Shown one piece after another: positions 17,918-27,438 of a stretch of DNA of 64,000 nt. The stretch lies in assembly GCF_013149785.1 (NCBI RefSeq), contig NZ_JABEZU010000002.1:682001-746000 (forward strand), read 5' to 3'. Under the pieces are notes generated by a model, which was given only the letters and a program-made list of their open reading frames with translations, ran no database searches and was not told where the DNA came from. The stretch's first letter is position 1; each line of letters starts with the position of its first letter. The position numbers were made by a program, and so were the translations under genes. The DNA is from Isoptericola halotolerans (lineage in GTDB: Bacteria; Actinomycetota; Actinomycetes; Actinomycetales; Cellulomonadaceae).

Positions 17918-19177
17918 GTGCCAGCCATCGAGGCAAACGGCCTGACAAAGATCTTCGGACGCCGCCCGCAGCGCGGCGTCAAGCTGCTCGCACAAGGTGC
18001 CGACCGCGCCCAGCTTCGACGAGAAGGCCTCACACCGGCCGTCATCGACGCGACCTTCGAGGTCGCACCCGGTGAGATCTTCGTCGTCATGGGCCTGTCC
18101 GGCTCCGGCAAGTCCACCCTCATCCGCATGGTCAACGGCCTGCTGGAGCCGACCGACGGCGTCATGCGCATCGACGGCCAGGACGTCACGCACCTGTCCG
18201 CGGCCGCCCTGCGCGAGGTCCGGCGCACCAAGGTCTCCATGGTGTTCCAGCACTTCGCGCTGCTGCCGCACCGCACCGTCGGCGAGAACGCCGCCTACCC
18301 GCTCAAGCTGCGCGGCGTGAACAAGGTCGAGCGCGAGGCGAGGGCCGAGGAAGCGCTCGCCATGGTGGGGCTCAAGGGCTGGGGCGGCTCGCTGCCCTCC
18401 GAGCTCTCCGGCGGCATGCGCCAGCGTGTCGGCCTGGCCCGGGCGCTCGCGGCCGGCACCGACATCATGCTCATGGACGAGGCGTTCAGCGCGCTGGACC
18501 CCCTCATCCGCAAGGAGATGCAGGATCAGCTCCTCGAGCTCCAGGCCGAGCTCGGCAAGACCATCCTGTTCATCACCCATGACCTCAACGAGGCCATGCG
18601 CCTCGGCGACCGCATCGCGATGATGCGCGACGGACGGATCGTGCAGGTGGGCACCGCTGAGCAGATCCTCAACGAGCCGGCGACCGACTACGTCGCGCAG
18701 TTCGTCGCCGACGTCGACCGCAGCCGCGTGCTGACGGCCGGCGCGGTGATGGAGCGCCCCGTCGCCGTCGTCGGCCCGGAGGCCGGCCCCAAGGCCGCGC
18801 ACAAGCTGATGCGCGAGCACCAGACGTCCTCGTTGCTGGTCACCGGGCGTGACCGCAAGGTCGAGGGCCTCGTCTGGGAGGACGACGTCGCCGAGGCCGT
18901 GCGCACCGGCAGCGAGGCGTTGCCGGTGAAGAGGGACGAGGTGGTCCGCGTCGCGCCCGACGCGCCGCTGGCCGACCTCTTCCCGTACGCGGCTGCGAGC
19001 CGGGCGCCGCTGGCCGTGGTGAACGACCAGGGTCGGCTGGAGGGCGTCATCCCCCGGGTGACGCTGCTCAGCGCCCTGGCCGTGCCCGGCAGCGACAGCG
19101 CTCTCAGCCCCGCCGACGCACCGGGCGACGACCCCGCCGACGGCGAGCCCGTCCTCGACACCGCAGGAGCCCGCTGA
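17918..19177 (+). CDS. proV: Glycine betaine/proline ABC ATP-binding protein with CBS domains
   Basis: MGLSGSGKSTL, VFQHFALLPHRTV, LSGGMRQRVGLARAL and MDEAFSALDPLIR. Confidence 0.93.
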   Translation: MPAIEANGLTKIFGRRPQRGVKLLAQGADRAQLRREGLTPAVIDATFEVAPGEIFVVMGLSGSGKSTLIRMVNGLLEPTDGVMRIDGQDVTHLSAAALREVRRTKVSMVFQHFALLPHRTVGENAAYPLKLRGVNKVEREARAEEALAMVGLKGWGGSLPSELSGGMRQRVGLARALAAGTDIMLMDEAFSALDPLIRKEMQDQLLELQAELGKTILFITHDLNEAMRLGDRIAMMRDGRIVQVGTAEQILNEPATDYVAQFVADVDRSRVLTAGAVMERPVAVVGPEAGPKAAHKLMREHQTSSLLVTGRDRKVEGLVWEDDVAEAVRTGSEALPVKRDEVVRVAPDAPLADLFPYAAASRAPLAVVNDQGRLEGVIPRVTLLSALAVPGSDSALSPADAPGDDPADGEPVLDTAGAR

Positions 19178-20079
19178 TGACCCCGACGTCCGTCGTCGTC
19201 CCCAACGTGCCCATCGGCGACGCCGTCTCCGACGGCGTCGACTGGATCAAGGCCACGTTCCGGCCGCTGCTCAACGGCATCAGCGACACGATGTCGCTGC
19301 TCGTCGACTCCATCGCGGACCTGCTCCTGCTCCCGCCTGCACTCGTGGTCGTCGGGCTGTTCACCCTGCTCGCGCTCCTGGTGCGCTCCTGGGGCTTGGC
19401 GGTGTTCACGCTGCTCGGCACGCTCCTCATCGTCAGCATGGGGATGTGGGAGCCGGCCATGGAGACGCTCGCGCTGGTGCTGGTGGCCACGCTGATCGCC
19501 GTGGTCGTCGCGATCCCGGTGGGGATCCTGGCCGCTCGGAACAACACGGTGAGCGCCGTCGTCAAGCCGGTGCTGGACTTCATGCAGACCATGCCGGCCT
19601 TCGTCTACCTGGTTCCCGTGGTGATCTTCTTCGGCATCGGTGTCGCACCGGGCGTCGCCGCCACCATCGTCTTCGCCCTGCCCCCGGGGGTGCGCCTCAC
19701 CGAGCTGGCCATCCGCCAGGTCGACCGCGAGACCGTCGAGGCCGGCGAGGCCTTCGGCGGGACCAACCGCCAGATCCTGCGGGACATCCAGCTCCCGCTC
19801 GGCCTGCCGACCATCATGGCGGGCGTCAACCAGGTCATCATGCTCGCGCTGTCGATGGCGGTCGTCGCCGGGCTGGTCGGCGCGGGCGGCCTGGGTGCCG
19901 AGGTCGCCAGGGCGATCTCCCGGGTCGACGTCGCCCTCGGCTTCGAAGCCGGCCTGGCCGTCGTCATCCTCGCCATCTATCTGGACCGGCTCACGGGTGC
20001 CATCGGTCAACCCACGGGCCGGTCGCTCGTCGCTGTCCTCCGTCGTCGACAGGCCGCGACGGCCGGATCCCCGGTCTGA
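19177..20079 (+). CDS. proW: Glycine betaine ABC permease
   Basis: LDFMQTMPAFVYLVP and PTIMAGVNQVIMLALSM. Confidence 0.93.
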   Translation: MTPTSVVVPNVPIGDAVSDGVDWIKATFRPLLNGISDTMSLLVDSIADLLLLPPALVVVGLFTLLALLVRSWGLAVFTLLGTLLIVSMGMWEPAMETLALVLVATLIAVVVAIPVGILAARNNTVSAVVKPVLDFMQTMPAFVYLVPVVIFFGIGVAPGVAATIVFALPPGVRLTELAIRQVDRETVEAGEAFGGTNRQILRDIQLPLGLPTIMAGVNQVIMLALSMAVVAGLVGAGGLGAEVARAISRVDVALGFEAGLAVVILAIYLDRLTGAIGQPTGRSLVAVLRRRQAATAGSPV

Positions 20080-20176
20080 GACCCCGTCGACACACCACCA
20101 CGAACGAACGCCCCCGGCACGGGACACCCACCGGGCATCCAGCGGACACGAACCGCACGGACGAAAGGAGCTCTAC

Positions 20177-21088
20177 ATGAGCACCCATCGTAAGAACCAC
20201 CGGACGCGTCAGACGGCGGCGCTGGTCGCCACCGCTGCGCTCGGCCTGTCGCTCGCGGCCTGCAGCACCGACGACGGCGGCGACGACACCGGCAGCGAGG
20301 GGGAGGACATGACGATCACCCTCGGGTACCTCCCCTCCTGGACGGACGGCCTGAGCTCGGCCTACCTCCTCGACAAGGAGCTCACGGCGGCCGGGTACAC
20401 CGTCGAGCACGAGGAGATGAACGAAGTCGGTGTCCTGTTCACCGCGCTCGCCGAGGGCGACATCGACATGTACCCCTCGGCCTGGTCCGACCTGCACTCC
20501 ACGTACCTGGACCAGTACGGTGACGACCTCGAGAACGTCGGCTCGTACTACCCGAGCGCTGACAAGTTCCTGGCGGTGCCCGAGTACACCGAGGTCGACT
20601 CGCTCGACGAGCTCGCTGACAACGTGGACCTGTTCGACGGGACCATCACGGGGATCGAGCCGTCGGCCGGCATCATGGAGGCCACGACGGACGACGTCAT
20701 CCCGGCCTACGGGTTGACGGAAGCCGGCTACATGCTCCAGGAGTCCGGCACGTCGCCGATGATCACCGCGCTCGACGAGGCCATCGCCAACGAGGAGGAC
20801 ATCCTCGTCACCATGTGGACGCCGTTCTGGGCGAACGAGGAGTACCCGCTCAAGCGGCTGGAGGACCCGCAGGGCGCGTTCGGCGAGAGCGAGAACCTGG
20901 AGTTCATCGCCACTGCAGGCTTCTCGGAGCAGCACCCGGAGGTTGCCGAGTGGCTGGGGCAGATCGATCTCACCGAGAGCTTCCCGGAGCTGGACAGCAT
21001 GGTCAACGACTCGACCGACGACCCGGCCGCGGCCGTGGACGCCTGGCTCGCGGAGTACCCCGACGCCGTCCCGCCGTTCGAGGGCTGA
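20177..21088 (+). CDS. proX: Glycine betaine ABC substrate-binding lipoprotein
   Basis: Lipobox LAAC; W-rich binding motifs, GIEPSAG and WTPFWA; RBS AAAGGAG. Confidence 0.9.
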   Translation: MSTHRKNHRTRQTAALVATAALGLSLAACSTDDGGDDTGSEGEDMTITLGYLPSWTDGLSSAYLLDKELTAAGYTVEHEEMNEVGVLFTALAEGDIDMYPSAWSDLHSTYLDQYGDDLENVGSYYPSADKFLAVPEYTEVDSLDELADNVDLFDGTITGIEPSAGIMEATTDDVIPAYGLTEAGYMLQESGTSPMITALDEAIANEEDILVTMWTPFWANEEYPLKRLEDPQGAFGESENLEFIATAGFSEQHPEVAEWLGQIDLTESFPELDSMVNDSTDDPAAAVDAWLAEYPDAVPPFEG

Positions 21089-21114
21089 GCCTGACGCTCT
21101 GACCAGTCGTTCGC

Positions 21115-21148
21115 GATGCCCGCTCCGGCCTGTGCCGGGGCGGGCATC
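21115..21148 (+). terminator. Hairpin after the betaine operon
   Basis: gatgcccgctccggc-ctgt-gccggggcgggcatc. Confidence 0.6.
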
Positions 21149-21250
21149 TGGCGTCAGAGATCCGCGTCGGTCCCGGCGCAGGTCTTCGCGCGACCGGGGG
21201 GCCATCGGTAAGGTGACGACGCTCAGGTCCACCGACGAGGAAGGCATCCC

Positions 21251-21835
21251 ATGACGACGGCCCGGAGGCTGGTGGCCGCCGCCGTGACATTGACGGTGGC
21301 CGGCGCCTTGGCCGCCTGCGGTACCGACGAGCCCGCGCTGACCTCGCTCGCGGAGCAGCAGGCGTCGGCGAGCCCGAGCCCGAGCCTCACCGAGGAAGAG
21401 TCGACGAAGCAGGAGCGGATCGCGGAGGCCGAAGCGGTGCTCGCCGAGTACCGCGGGCTGGAGTTCGAGGTCGCCCAGGGCGGCTACGGGAACTGGGCGC
21501 TGCTGGCCCCCTACTGGGGTGCCGAGCTCGCCGACTCCGTCGCCGGGACGTACCGGGAGTTCTCCGAGCGGGGTCTTTACACCACCGGCGAGGCCGAGCT
21601 GGTCTCGTCGGAGGTGACGGCTTACGACGGTGAGCGCGTGGGCTACGAGGACGTCGAGGTCACCGCGTGCCTGAACACCTCGGGCCTGCGCATCTTCGAG
21701 GAGGACGGCACGGAGCTGGACCTCCCGAACGACACGCTCGAGCAGTACGTCAACGTCTACCGCCTGTCGCACACCGGCCCGGACGGCCGGTGGCAGGTGC
21801 TGGAGTCCACCGCCCGTACCGACAGGGAGTGCTGA
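21251..21835 (+). CDS. Uncharacterised acidic lipoprotein
   Basis: Lipobox LAAC; VTACLNTS and C-terminal WQV...C Cys pair. Confidence 0.8.
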   Translation: MTTARRLVAAAVTLTVAGALAACGTDEPALTSLAEQQASASPSPSLTEEESTKQERIAEAEAVLAEYRGLEFEVAQGGYGNWALLAPYWGAELADSVAGTYREFSERGLYTTGEAELVSSEVTAYDGERVGYEDVEVTACLNTSGLRIFEEDGTELDLPNDTLEQYVNVYRLSHTGPDGRWQVLESTARTDREC

Positions 21836-22794
21836 TGCGCCGCCTCGTCCGACCGCTTGCCGCTCTCAGCCTGGCGACCGCGGTGGTCGCCGGACCGGTG
21901 CCACAGCTCGGTGCGTCCGCCGACCCGTCGTGCGACGGGAGCACCACGGGCGGGATCTCGGCAGGTTGTGAGGACCCGCCCGGCGGTGGCGGCCCCGGGG
22001 AGGAGAGCGGCGGTCCCGGTGGTGGCGGCGGCGGTGGTGGTCCGCGGGTCTGCAGCGTCCCCGGTGTCGAGGGCGAGGACGACTTCGTCGTCGACTGTGA
22101 GACGTCGGCCGGCGTCTGGAGCAACGACCGGCTCTGCTACCTCCAGGTGGTGGACCCGCCGCCTCCGAAGAGCGACGACGTCTGGGACGGCAACGACGAG
22201 GGCGTCATCGTGCAGTGCTCGCCTTCGGAGGCGTACTGCAACTCTCTCGATCCGAACCCGGGTGCGGCGTGCGTCCGGCCGAACACCCGCTGGGAGGCCC
22301 AGCCGCCGGCGGTTCTCGACCCCCCCGACCCGGCCGAGCTCGCCCGCCAGGCGTTCGCGTCGTTGGCATTGGACCCGATCGACATCGGGATCGTGCCGGA
22401 GGACGAGCCGGGCCGCATCGGCCTGGTCGGCCTTCCCGTGTGGATGTGGGTCGAGAACCCCGACGAGCGGACCTTCGGCCCTGACGAGGCCTCGGCGTCG
22501 GACCAGGGGCTGACCGTGACGGTCCGGGCCGAGGTGGACAGGATCGTGTGGGACCTGGGTGACGGCACCACGGTGACGTGCACGGGCCCGGGTTCACCGT
22601 TCGAGGACCGGTTCGCCGGCGAGCCGTCCCCGGACTGCGGGCACCGGTACACGCGGCAGGGCGAGTTCGAGGTGACGGCGACGTCGTACTGGACGGCAAC
22701 CTGGAGCGGAGGCGGCCAGAGCGGGGAGCTTTCCGCGGACCGCACCACGAGCACCACGGTCCGTGTCGGCGAGCTGCAGGTCGTCGCGCAGTGA
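21835..22794 (+). CDS. Secreted Cys/Pro/Gly-rich protein with C-terminal PKD-like beta domain
   Basis: Signal peptide, poly-Gly, several Cys, GLVGLPVWMWV, WDLGDG, CGHRY and VGELQVV; TGATG coupling to the lipoprotein. Confidence 0.8.
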   Translation: MRRLVRPLAALSLATAVVAGPVPQLGASADPSCDGSTTGGISAGCEDPPGGGGPGEESGGPGGGGGGGGPRVCSVPGVEGEDDFVVDCETSAGVWSNDRLCYLQVVDPPPPKSDDVWDGNDEGVIVQCSPSEAYCNSLDPNPGAACVRPNTRWEAQPPAVLDPPDPAELARQAFASLALDPIDIGIVPEDEPGRIGLVGLPVWMWVENPDERTFGPDEASASDQGLTVTVRAEVDRIVWDLGDGTTVTCTGPGSPFEDRFAGEPSPDCGHRYTRQGEFEVTATSYWTATWSGGGQSGELSADRTTSTTVRVGELQVVAQ

Positions 22795-22946
22795 CCCGGG
22801 GCACCGTGGCAGGAGCGTGACCCCGAAGAACTACCCGGCTTCGTCGATGTCTGACATGCTAGGAATGCCCGGATCATCGTCCTGCAGACTTCCTGGCACG
22901 CCTCGAGGATGGGCAACCGGTCCTTCCGCTGACAGCAAAGGCACTC

Positions 22947-24404
22947 GTGCGCCACTTCGTCAGACCGCTGCATTGGACCCGCCGACACGCGATGGTGGGG
23001 TTGGCGACAGTCCTGACTCTGGTCGCGACGACCCTCGCTGGCGCTGTGCCGGCGCAGGCGGCCCGGGGGGCCGCCACCGAGCAGGTTGCCGGACAGGTCG
23101 TCGCCTCGCCTGGCGGCCGTCCCGGCATCGCCGAGGCCGTTCAGGCAGCGATGGCTACCGTCGAGCGGTTCACCACGACGGCCGAGCCTCGGATCACGGG
23201 CCTGGCCAACGGTCGCGCTCGCATCGGGAAGACGCTCACGGCGCGACACCGGCCGGGCCAGTGGTCGCCGAAGCCCACCTCCGTGCGCTACCAGTGGCGA
23301 GCGAACGGCACGGCGATCACGGGCGCGACCCGGTCGACGTTCACGCCGCGTGCGCGGCACCACGGCCAGCGGATCTCCGTGCGGGTCGCGGTGACTCGGC
23401 CCGGGTACGAGACGGTCCGGGCGACGAGCAAGGCCGTGGTCGCGGCGAAGTCGTACACGAAGGCGCCACGGCCGAAGGTCGTGGGGACGGCACGAGTCGG
23501 TCAGACGCTCACCGCGCGCCCGGGGGAGTGGCGTGCCTCGCCACGGACGTTCGCCTTCCAGTGGAAGCGCGACGGCAAGCCGATCAAGAAGGCGACCTCG
23601 CGCACCTACCGGCTGAAGAAGGCGGACCGCGGCAAGCGGATCACGGTGACGGTCGTTGCCCAGCGCAAGGCCTACGTCCTGACGCACCGGACGAGCGCGG
23701 CCACGGCGAAGGTGCGGTGGCCGGTCGGCGTCAAGCACAAGCCGCGCATCACGTCCCAGCCGAAGGACGCGACCGTCAACTCCGGCAGGACGGTCACGTT
23801 CTCGGCGTCCGCCAGCGGGGGCAAGCTGAAGTACCAGTGGCAGCGCCGCACCGCGACCGGCACGTGGAAGAACATGTCGGGCAAGACGTCCCGGTCGATC
23901 TCGGTGAAAGCCACGTCGAAGCGGACGCTGTGGGACTACCGGTTGCGGGTCAAGAACCGTGCGGGCACCACGTTCAGCCGGCCTGCGCTGCTGGTGGTGA
24001 ACTCGACGAAGACGGACCCTTTCCGGCCCGGGCAGTGGTACGCCGGTAAGGCCCATACTCAGCGGATCTCCAAGTCCTGGAACGTCCGGCTGCGAGAGCC
24101 GGACGGCGCGGACCGGAAGAGGTGGCGGACCGCCGCCGTGCTGACGGCCTGCTCACCGCCCGGCGAACCGAAGCCGACCCTGCGGAGGCTGGACATCCGG
24201 TACACGTGGCGGGGGCCCGAGCCGGTGTGGAGCGAGAGGATGGAGTGGGCGGAGCTCCAGTGGCGCGATGGCCAGTGCGCGGCGTGGACGATCTACGCCG
24301 GTCCCGGTCCGCGCCTGGCGCCCGGCGGGATGTGGCAGGTCCGAGACAAGGGCAAGTCTGGCCGGTATGGGAAGGCGACCCAGTTCGTGCGGGGCATCCC
24401 CTGA
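22947..24404 (+). CDS. Secreted basic Ig-like repeat protein
   Basis: Signal peptide; two repeats of G-ARVGxTLTAxPGxW...YQW...GxRITV; one I-set-like ITSQP...YQWQ domain; start may be downstream. Confidence 0.8.
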   Translation: MRHFVRPLHWTRRHAMVGLATVLTLVATTLAGAVPAQAARGAATEQVAGQVVASPGGRPGIAEAVQAAMATVERFTTTAEPRITGLANGRARIGKTLTARHRPGQWSPKPTSVRYQWRANGTAITGATRSTFTPRARHHGQRISVRVAVTRPGYETVRATSKAVVAAKSYTKAPRPKVVGTARVGQTLTARPGEWRASPRTFAFQWKRDGKPIKKATSRTYRLKKADRGKRITVTVVAQRKAYVLTHRTSAATAKVRWPVGVKHKPRITSQPKDATVNSGRTVTFSASASGGKLKYQWQRRTATGTWKNMSGKTSRSISVKATSKRTLWDYRLRVKNRAGTTFSRPALLVVNSTKTDPFRPGQWYAGKAHTQRISKSWNVRLREPDGADRKRWRTAAVLTACSPPGEPKPTLRRLDIRYTWRGPEPVWSERMEWAELQWRDGQCAAWTIYAGPGPRLAPGGMWQVRDKGKSGRYGKATQFVRGIP

Positions 24405-24414
24405 TCGGGCCAGC

Positions 24415-25716
24415 TCATCGGTGCGACGAACCGGCCAGGGGCCGCGGACGTGATTGCTCGACCCGCGCAGCCGCCGTCTCCTCGGCGGGTTCGGTCGCCG
24501 GCGCCGGGTCGGTCGCCGGCGTCGGGTCGGGCTGAGGCGTGCGCGACGATCCCTGCGCGGCCGAGGTGCCGCCGTCGGACCGTGTCGCGACGTCGGACCG
24601 GCTCAGCGCGCGGGTGACCGCCCGCCGCAGCCGGGTGGAGAAGACGCGCTCCGCGCCGTAGTGGATGGCCAGCGCGACCACGAGCGAGACTCCCGTCGCT
24701 GCGGCCAGCGTGACCCAGACGCCGGCTCCGGCCGCGCTGAAGAACTCGGTGACGGCCCAGCCGAACTGGGTGTGCACCAGGTACAGCGGATACGTCAGCG
24801 CACCTCCGAGCGTGCAGGCGGCGGCGAGCCGACGGTTGCGCACGACGGCCCGCGGGTGCATCGAGAACCACACGGCGACGATGATGGCCAGCAGGATCGC
24901 CACGGCCACGCGGCCGTCGACGGGGTTTCCCTGCAGGTCCGTGGCACGGTCGGCGGCCTGGAGCACCTCGTGCACGCTCAGGGCCAGCAGGATGGCGCCG
25001 GCACCGAGGACGACGGCGGTGCCGTGGCGCTCCTGCGCGCCCGTCGCCTGCCCGGATCGCCGCTTCGTGGCGTCCTGGTAGAGCAGGAACATCAGCATCC
25101 CCAGCCCGATGTACGGGGAGTGGCGCACCACGAAGTGCTCGGCCAGCTCCGGGTAGCCGAGGCCACGCATCACGAAGCCGACGGCGGGCCAGGCGAGCGC
25201 GAGGGTCACGACTCGGGTGCGGGTCAACGGGCCCAGCAGGAGCAGCAGGGCGACCAGCAGGTAGAACTTCAGCTCGACGAGCAGCGTCCAGTAGACGACC
25301 TGGGAGCTCGTGACCCCGAAGAGGTCGGGGGTCAGGGTGAGGTTGACCAGGGTCTCGCCGACGCTGAGCTGACGACCGCTGGTCCAGACGGCCTGGAGGG
25401 CGGCGGTGACGAGCACGCACGCCCAGAACGCCGGGACGAGGCGGCCGATGCGGGACCCGGTGTACTGCGCGAGGGTGCGCCCCTGGCTGCTCCACAGGAT
25501 CGCGAAACCGCTGATGATGAAGAACGCCTCCACCGCGAGCCAGCCGTAGCTCACCACGCCTTCCAAGCCTGCGAACTCGCTGGTCGGAGCATCGCCCCAG
25601 TAGCGATCGGCGGTGGGTGAGGCCGTGAAGTGGTACAGCACGACTGCCATCGCTGCGGCGAAGCGCAGCACGTCCAGCAGGTGCATGCGCTGCGGTGTCT
25701 GCGTCGTCGAAGTCAT
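24415..25716 (-). CDS. Acyltransferase 3 family (OafA-like) membrane O-acyltransferase
   Basis: LDVLRFAAAMAVVLYH, AVEAFFIISGF, YWTLLVELKFY and TYPLYLVH. Confidence 0.92.
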   Translation of the reverse strand: MTSTTQTPQRMHLLDVLRFAAAMAVVLYHFTASPTADRYWGDAPTSEFAGLEGVVSYGWLAVEAFFIISGFAILWSSQGRTLAQYTGSRIGRLVPAFWACVLVTAALQAVWTSGRQLSVGETLVNLTLTPDLFGVTSSQVVYWTLLVELKFYLLVALLLLLGPLTRTRVVTLALAWPAVGFVMRGLGYPELAEHFVVRHSPYIGLGMLMFLLYQDATKRRSGQATGAQERHGTAVVLGAGAILLALSVHEVLQAADRATDLQGNPVDGRVAVAILLAIIVAVWFSMHPRAVVRNRRLAAACTLGGALTYPLYLVHTQFGWAVTEFFSAAGAGVWVTLAAATGVSLVVALAIHYGAERVFSTRLRRAVTRALSRSDVATRSDGGTSAAQGSSRTPQPDPTPATDPAPATEPAEETAAARVEQSRPRPLAGSSHR

Positions 25717-25948
25717 CCCGGCACCCTAGATCACGAATTGATAACATTCTAGCCCGGAGCAAGTGGGGAGCGCCAGCAGGGTGAAATCTGGGCGGGGGTG
25801 CGACATCGAAGGTTGCCGTGCCATAGCATCCCTCCACGCCTCCCTGGAGCCGTGACCAGCAAGGACGCGGGCCAGGGGCGACGTCGGAGTCGCGTTGGCG
25901 TTCGACCGGTCGGCAGCCTTGTCCCTGCCGCCAGAGCCCGGAGTAGCC

Positions 25949-27307
25949 GTGAAACTGTCCTCCTTCGCCCCTGCGCGCCTACGTCCTGTTGCGCTGATCG
26001 CTGTCCTGGCGCTCGGTGTGGGGCCGATCGTCGCGGCCCCGGCCGCAGCCGCGCCGGCCGCGACGTCGGCCGTCGCCGTACCCGCGGCGGTCGCCGCAGC
26101 AGCGCCGACCTCCGCTCTGCCGGCCCGGCTCGGGACCGCGCTCAAGAGCTCCAAGCCGACGATCAAGGGAGCTGCCCGGGTCGGCAACCGACTCACCGCC
26201 AAGCCGGGGACGTGGGCGAAGGGCACCACGTTCTCCTACACCTGGAAGGTGGGCGGCAAGAAGGTCGCCACCGGCAAGACGTTCACGCCGAAGAAGAAGC
26301 ACCTCGGCAAGAAGGTCACTGTCACTGTCAAGGGCAAGAAGTCGGGGAGTACCGCCACCCGGACGAGCGGGTCGAAGAAGGTCGCCAAGGGAACGTTCGC
26401 GGCTCCGAAGCCGAAGGTCTCCGGCACTGCCAAGGTCGGCGCGACGCTGATCGCCAAGCCGGGCACCTGGAAGCCGAAGCCCGCCAAGCTGCGCTACCAG
26501 TGGCTGGCGAACGGCAAGGCGATCAAGGGTGCGACGAGCAAGAAGTTCACGATCAAGAACGCTCAGCACGGCAAGAAGATCACGGTCCGGGTCAAGGCCA
26601 CGCGCAGTGCCTACAAGACCCGCTCCCGGGTCAGCGCCGCGACGGCGCAGGTGGTGAGGAAGCCGGCCATCCGGACGCAGCCGTCGTCGGTCATGGTCGA
26701 CGCCGGCAAGACCGCGAAGATGACCGTCGCCGCGACCGGTGGTGGCCTGAAGTATCAGTGGCAGCGCAAGGCGCCGGGGAGCAGCAAGTGGGCCAACCTC
26801 TCCGGCAAGACCTCGAGCACGCTCAGCTTCAAGACCCAAGCCAAGGACACGCTCGGCGAGTACCGCGTCGTCGTGAAGAACGCCGCCGGGACGGTCCGGA
26901 GCAAGTCGGCCATCCTCTTCGTCGAGTCCACCCAGACTCAGCCCTACCCGGCAGACACCATCTACGTCGGCAACTACTGGATGCAGGTCGTCGGTGAGAC
27001 GGGCAAGGTCGAACTGGACGATTCCACCTTCGGTCTCTACGCCTTCCTCTACGCTTGCCCGCTCGACGACGACGTCTCCAGCCGTCCCTACTGGGACCTG
27101 GACTCCGCCTACCAGGGTGCGAAGAACAAGACGTGGTACGCGGGCACGGAGTGGGACGAGGGTGTCGACAGTGACGGGTGCGGACTGTTGGAGATCAACG
27201 CGTCGGTACCCAAGACGCAGGCCAAGGGCGGGATCTGGTCCATCACGGACTACAGCGGTTCGCAGACGTACTACCCGACGACGCAGTACGTCGCCGGGCT
27301 GAAGTAG
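25949..27307 (+). CDS. Secreted Lys-rich Ig-like repeat protein (paralog of 22947-24404)
   Basis: Same repeat architecture (ARVGNRLTAKPGTW, AKVGATLIAKPGTW, TQPSS...YQWQR), acidic C-terminal domain. Confidence 0.82.
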   Translation: MKLSSFAPARLRPVALIAVLALGVGPIVAAPAAAAPAATSAVAVPAAVAAAAPTSALPARLGTALKSSKPTIKGAARVGNRLTAKPGTWAKGTTFSYTWKVGGKKVATGKTFTPKKKHLGKKVTVTVKGKKSGSTATRTSGSKKVAKGTFAAPKPKVSGTAKVGATLIAKPGTWKPKPAKLRYQWLANGKAIKGATSKKFTIKNAQHGKKITVRVKATRSAYKTRSRVSAATAQVVRKPAIRTQPSSVMVDAGKTAKMTVAATGGGLKYQWQRKAPGSSKWANLSGKTSSTLSFKTQAKDTLGEYRVVVKNAAGTVRSKSAILFVESTQTQPYPADTIYVGNYWMQVVGETGKVELDDSTFGLYAFLYACPLDDDVSSRPYWDLDSAYQGAKNKTWYAGTEWDEGVDSDGCGLLEINASVPKTQAKGGIWSITDYSGSQTYYPTTQYVAGLK

Positions 27308-27438
27308 TCGCGACGAGGGGCGCCGTGGGTGAAATTGCCCACGGCACCCTGTCGGCGAGGCGAGCCCCGCTCTCGTGGCTCTACGATCGAGCGCCCCCAA
27401 CACGCCGGTCGTCCCGGCCCTTCGCGAAGGATCCCCCC

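Noticed and set aside
27311..27400. Possible SAH riboswitch (acGAGGGGCGC...ctcgt...GCGCCCC pairing) near ahcY
   Set aside because: Lacks the conserved GCUGC/AGGCUC core, is separated from ahcY by another gene, and is explained by a terminator hairpin plus the -10 TACGAT of the next gene
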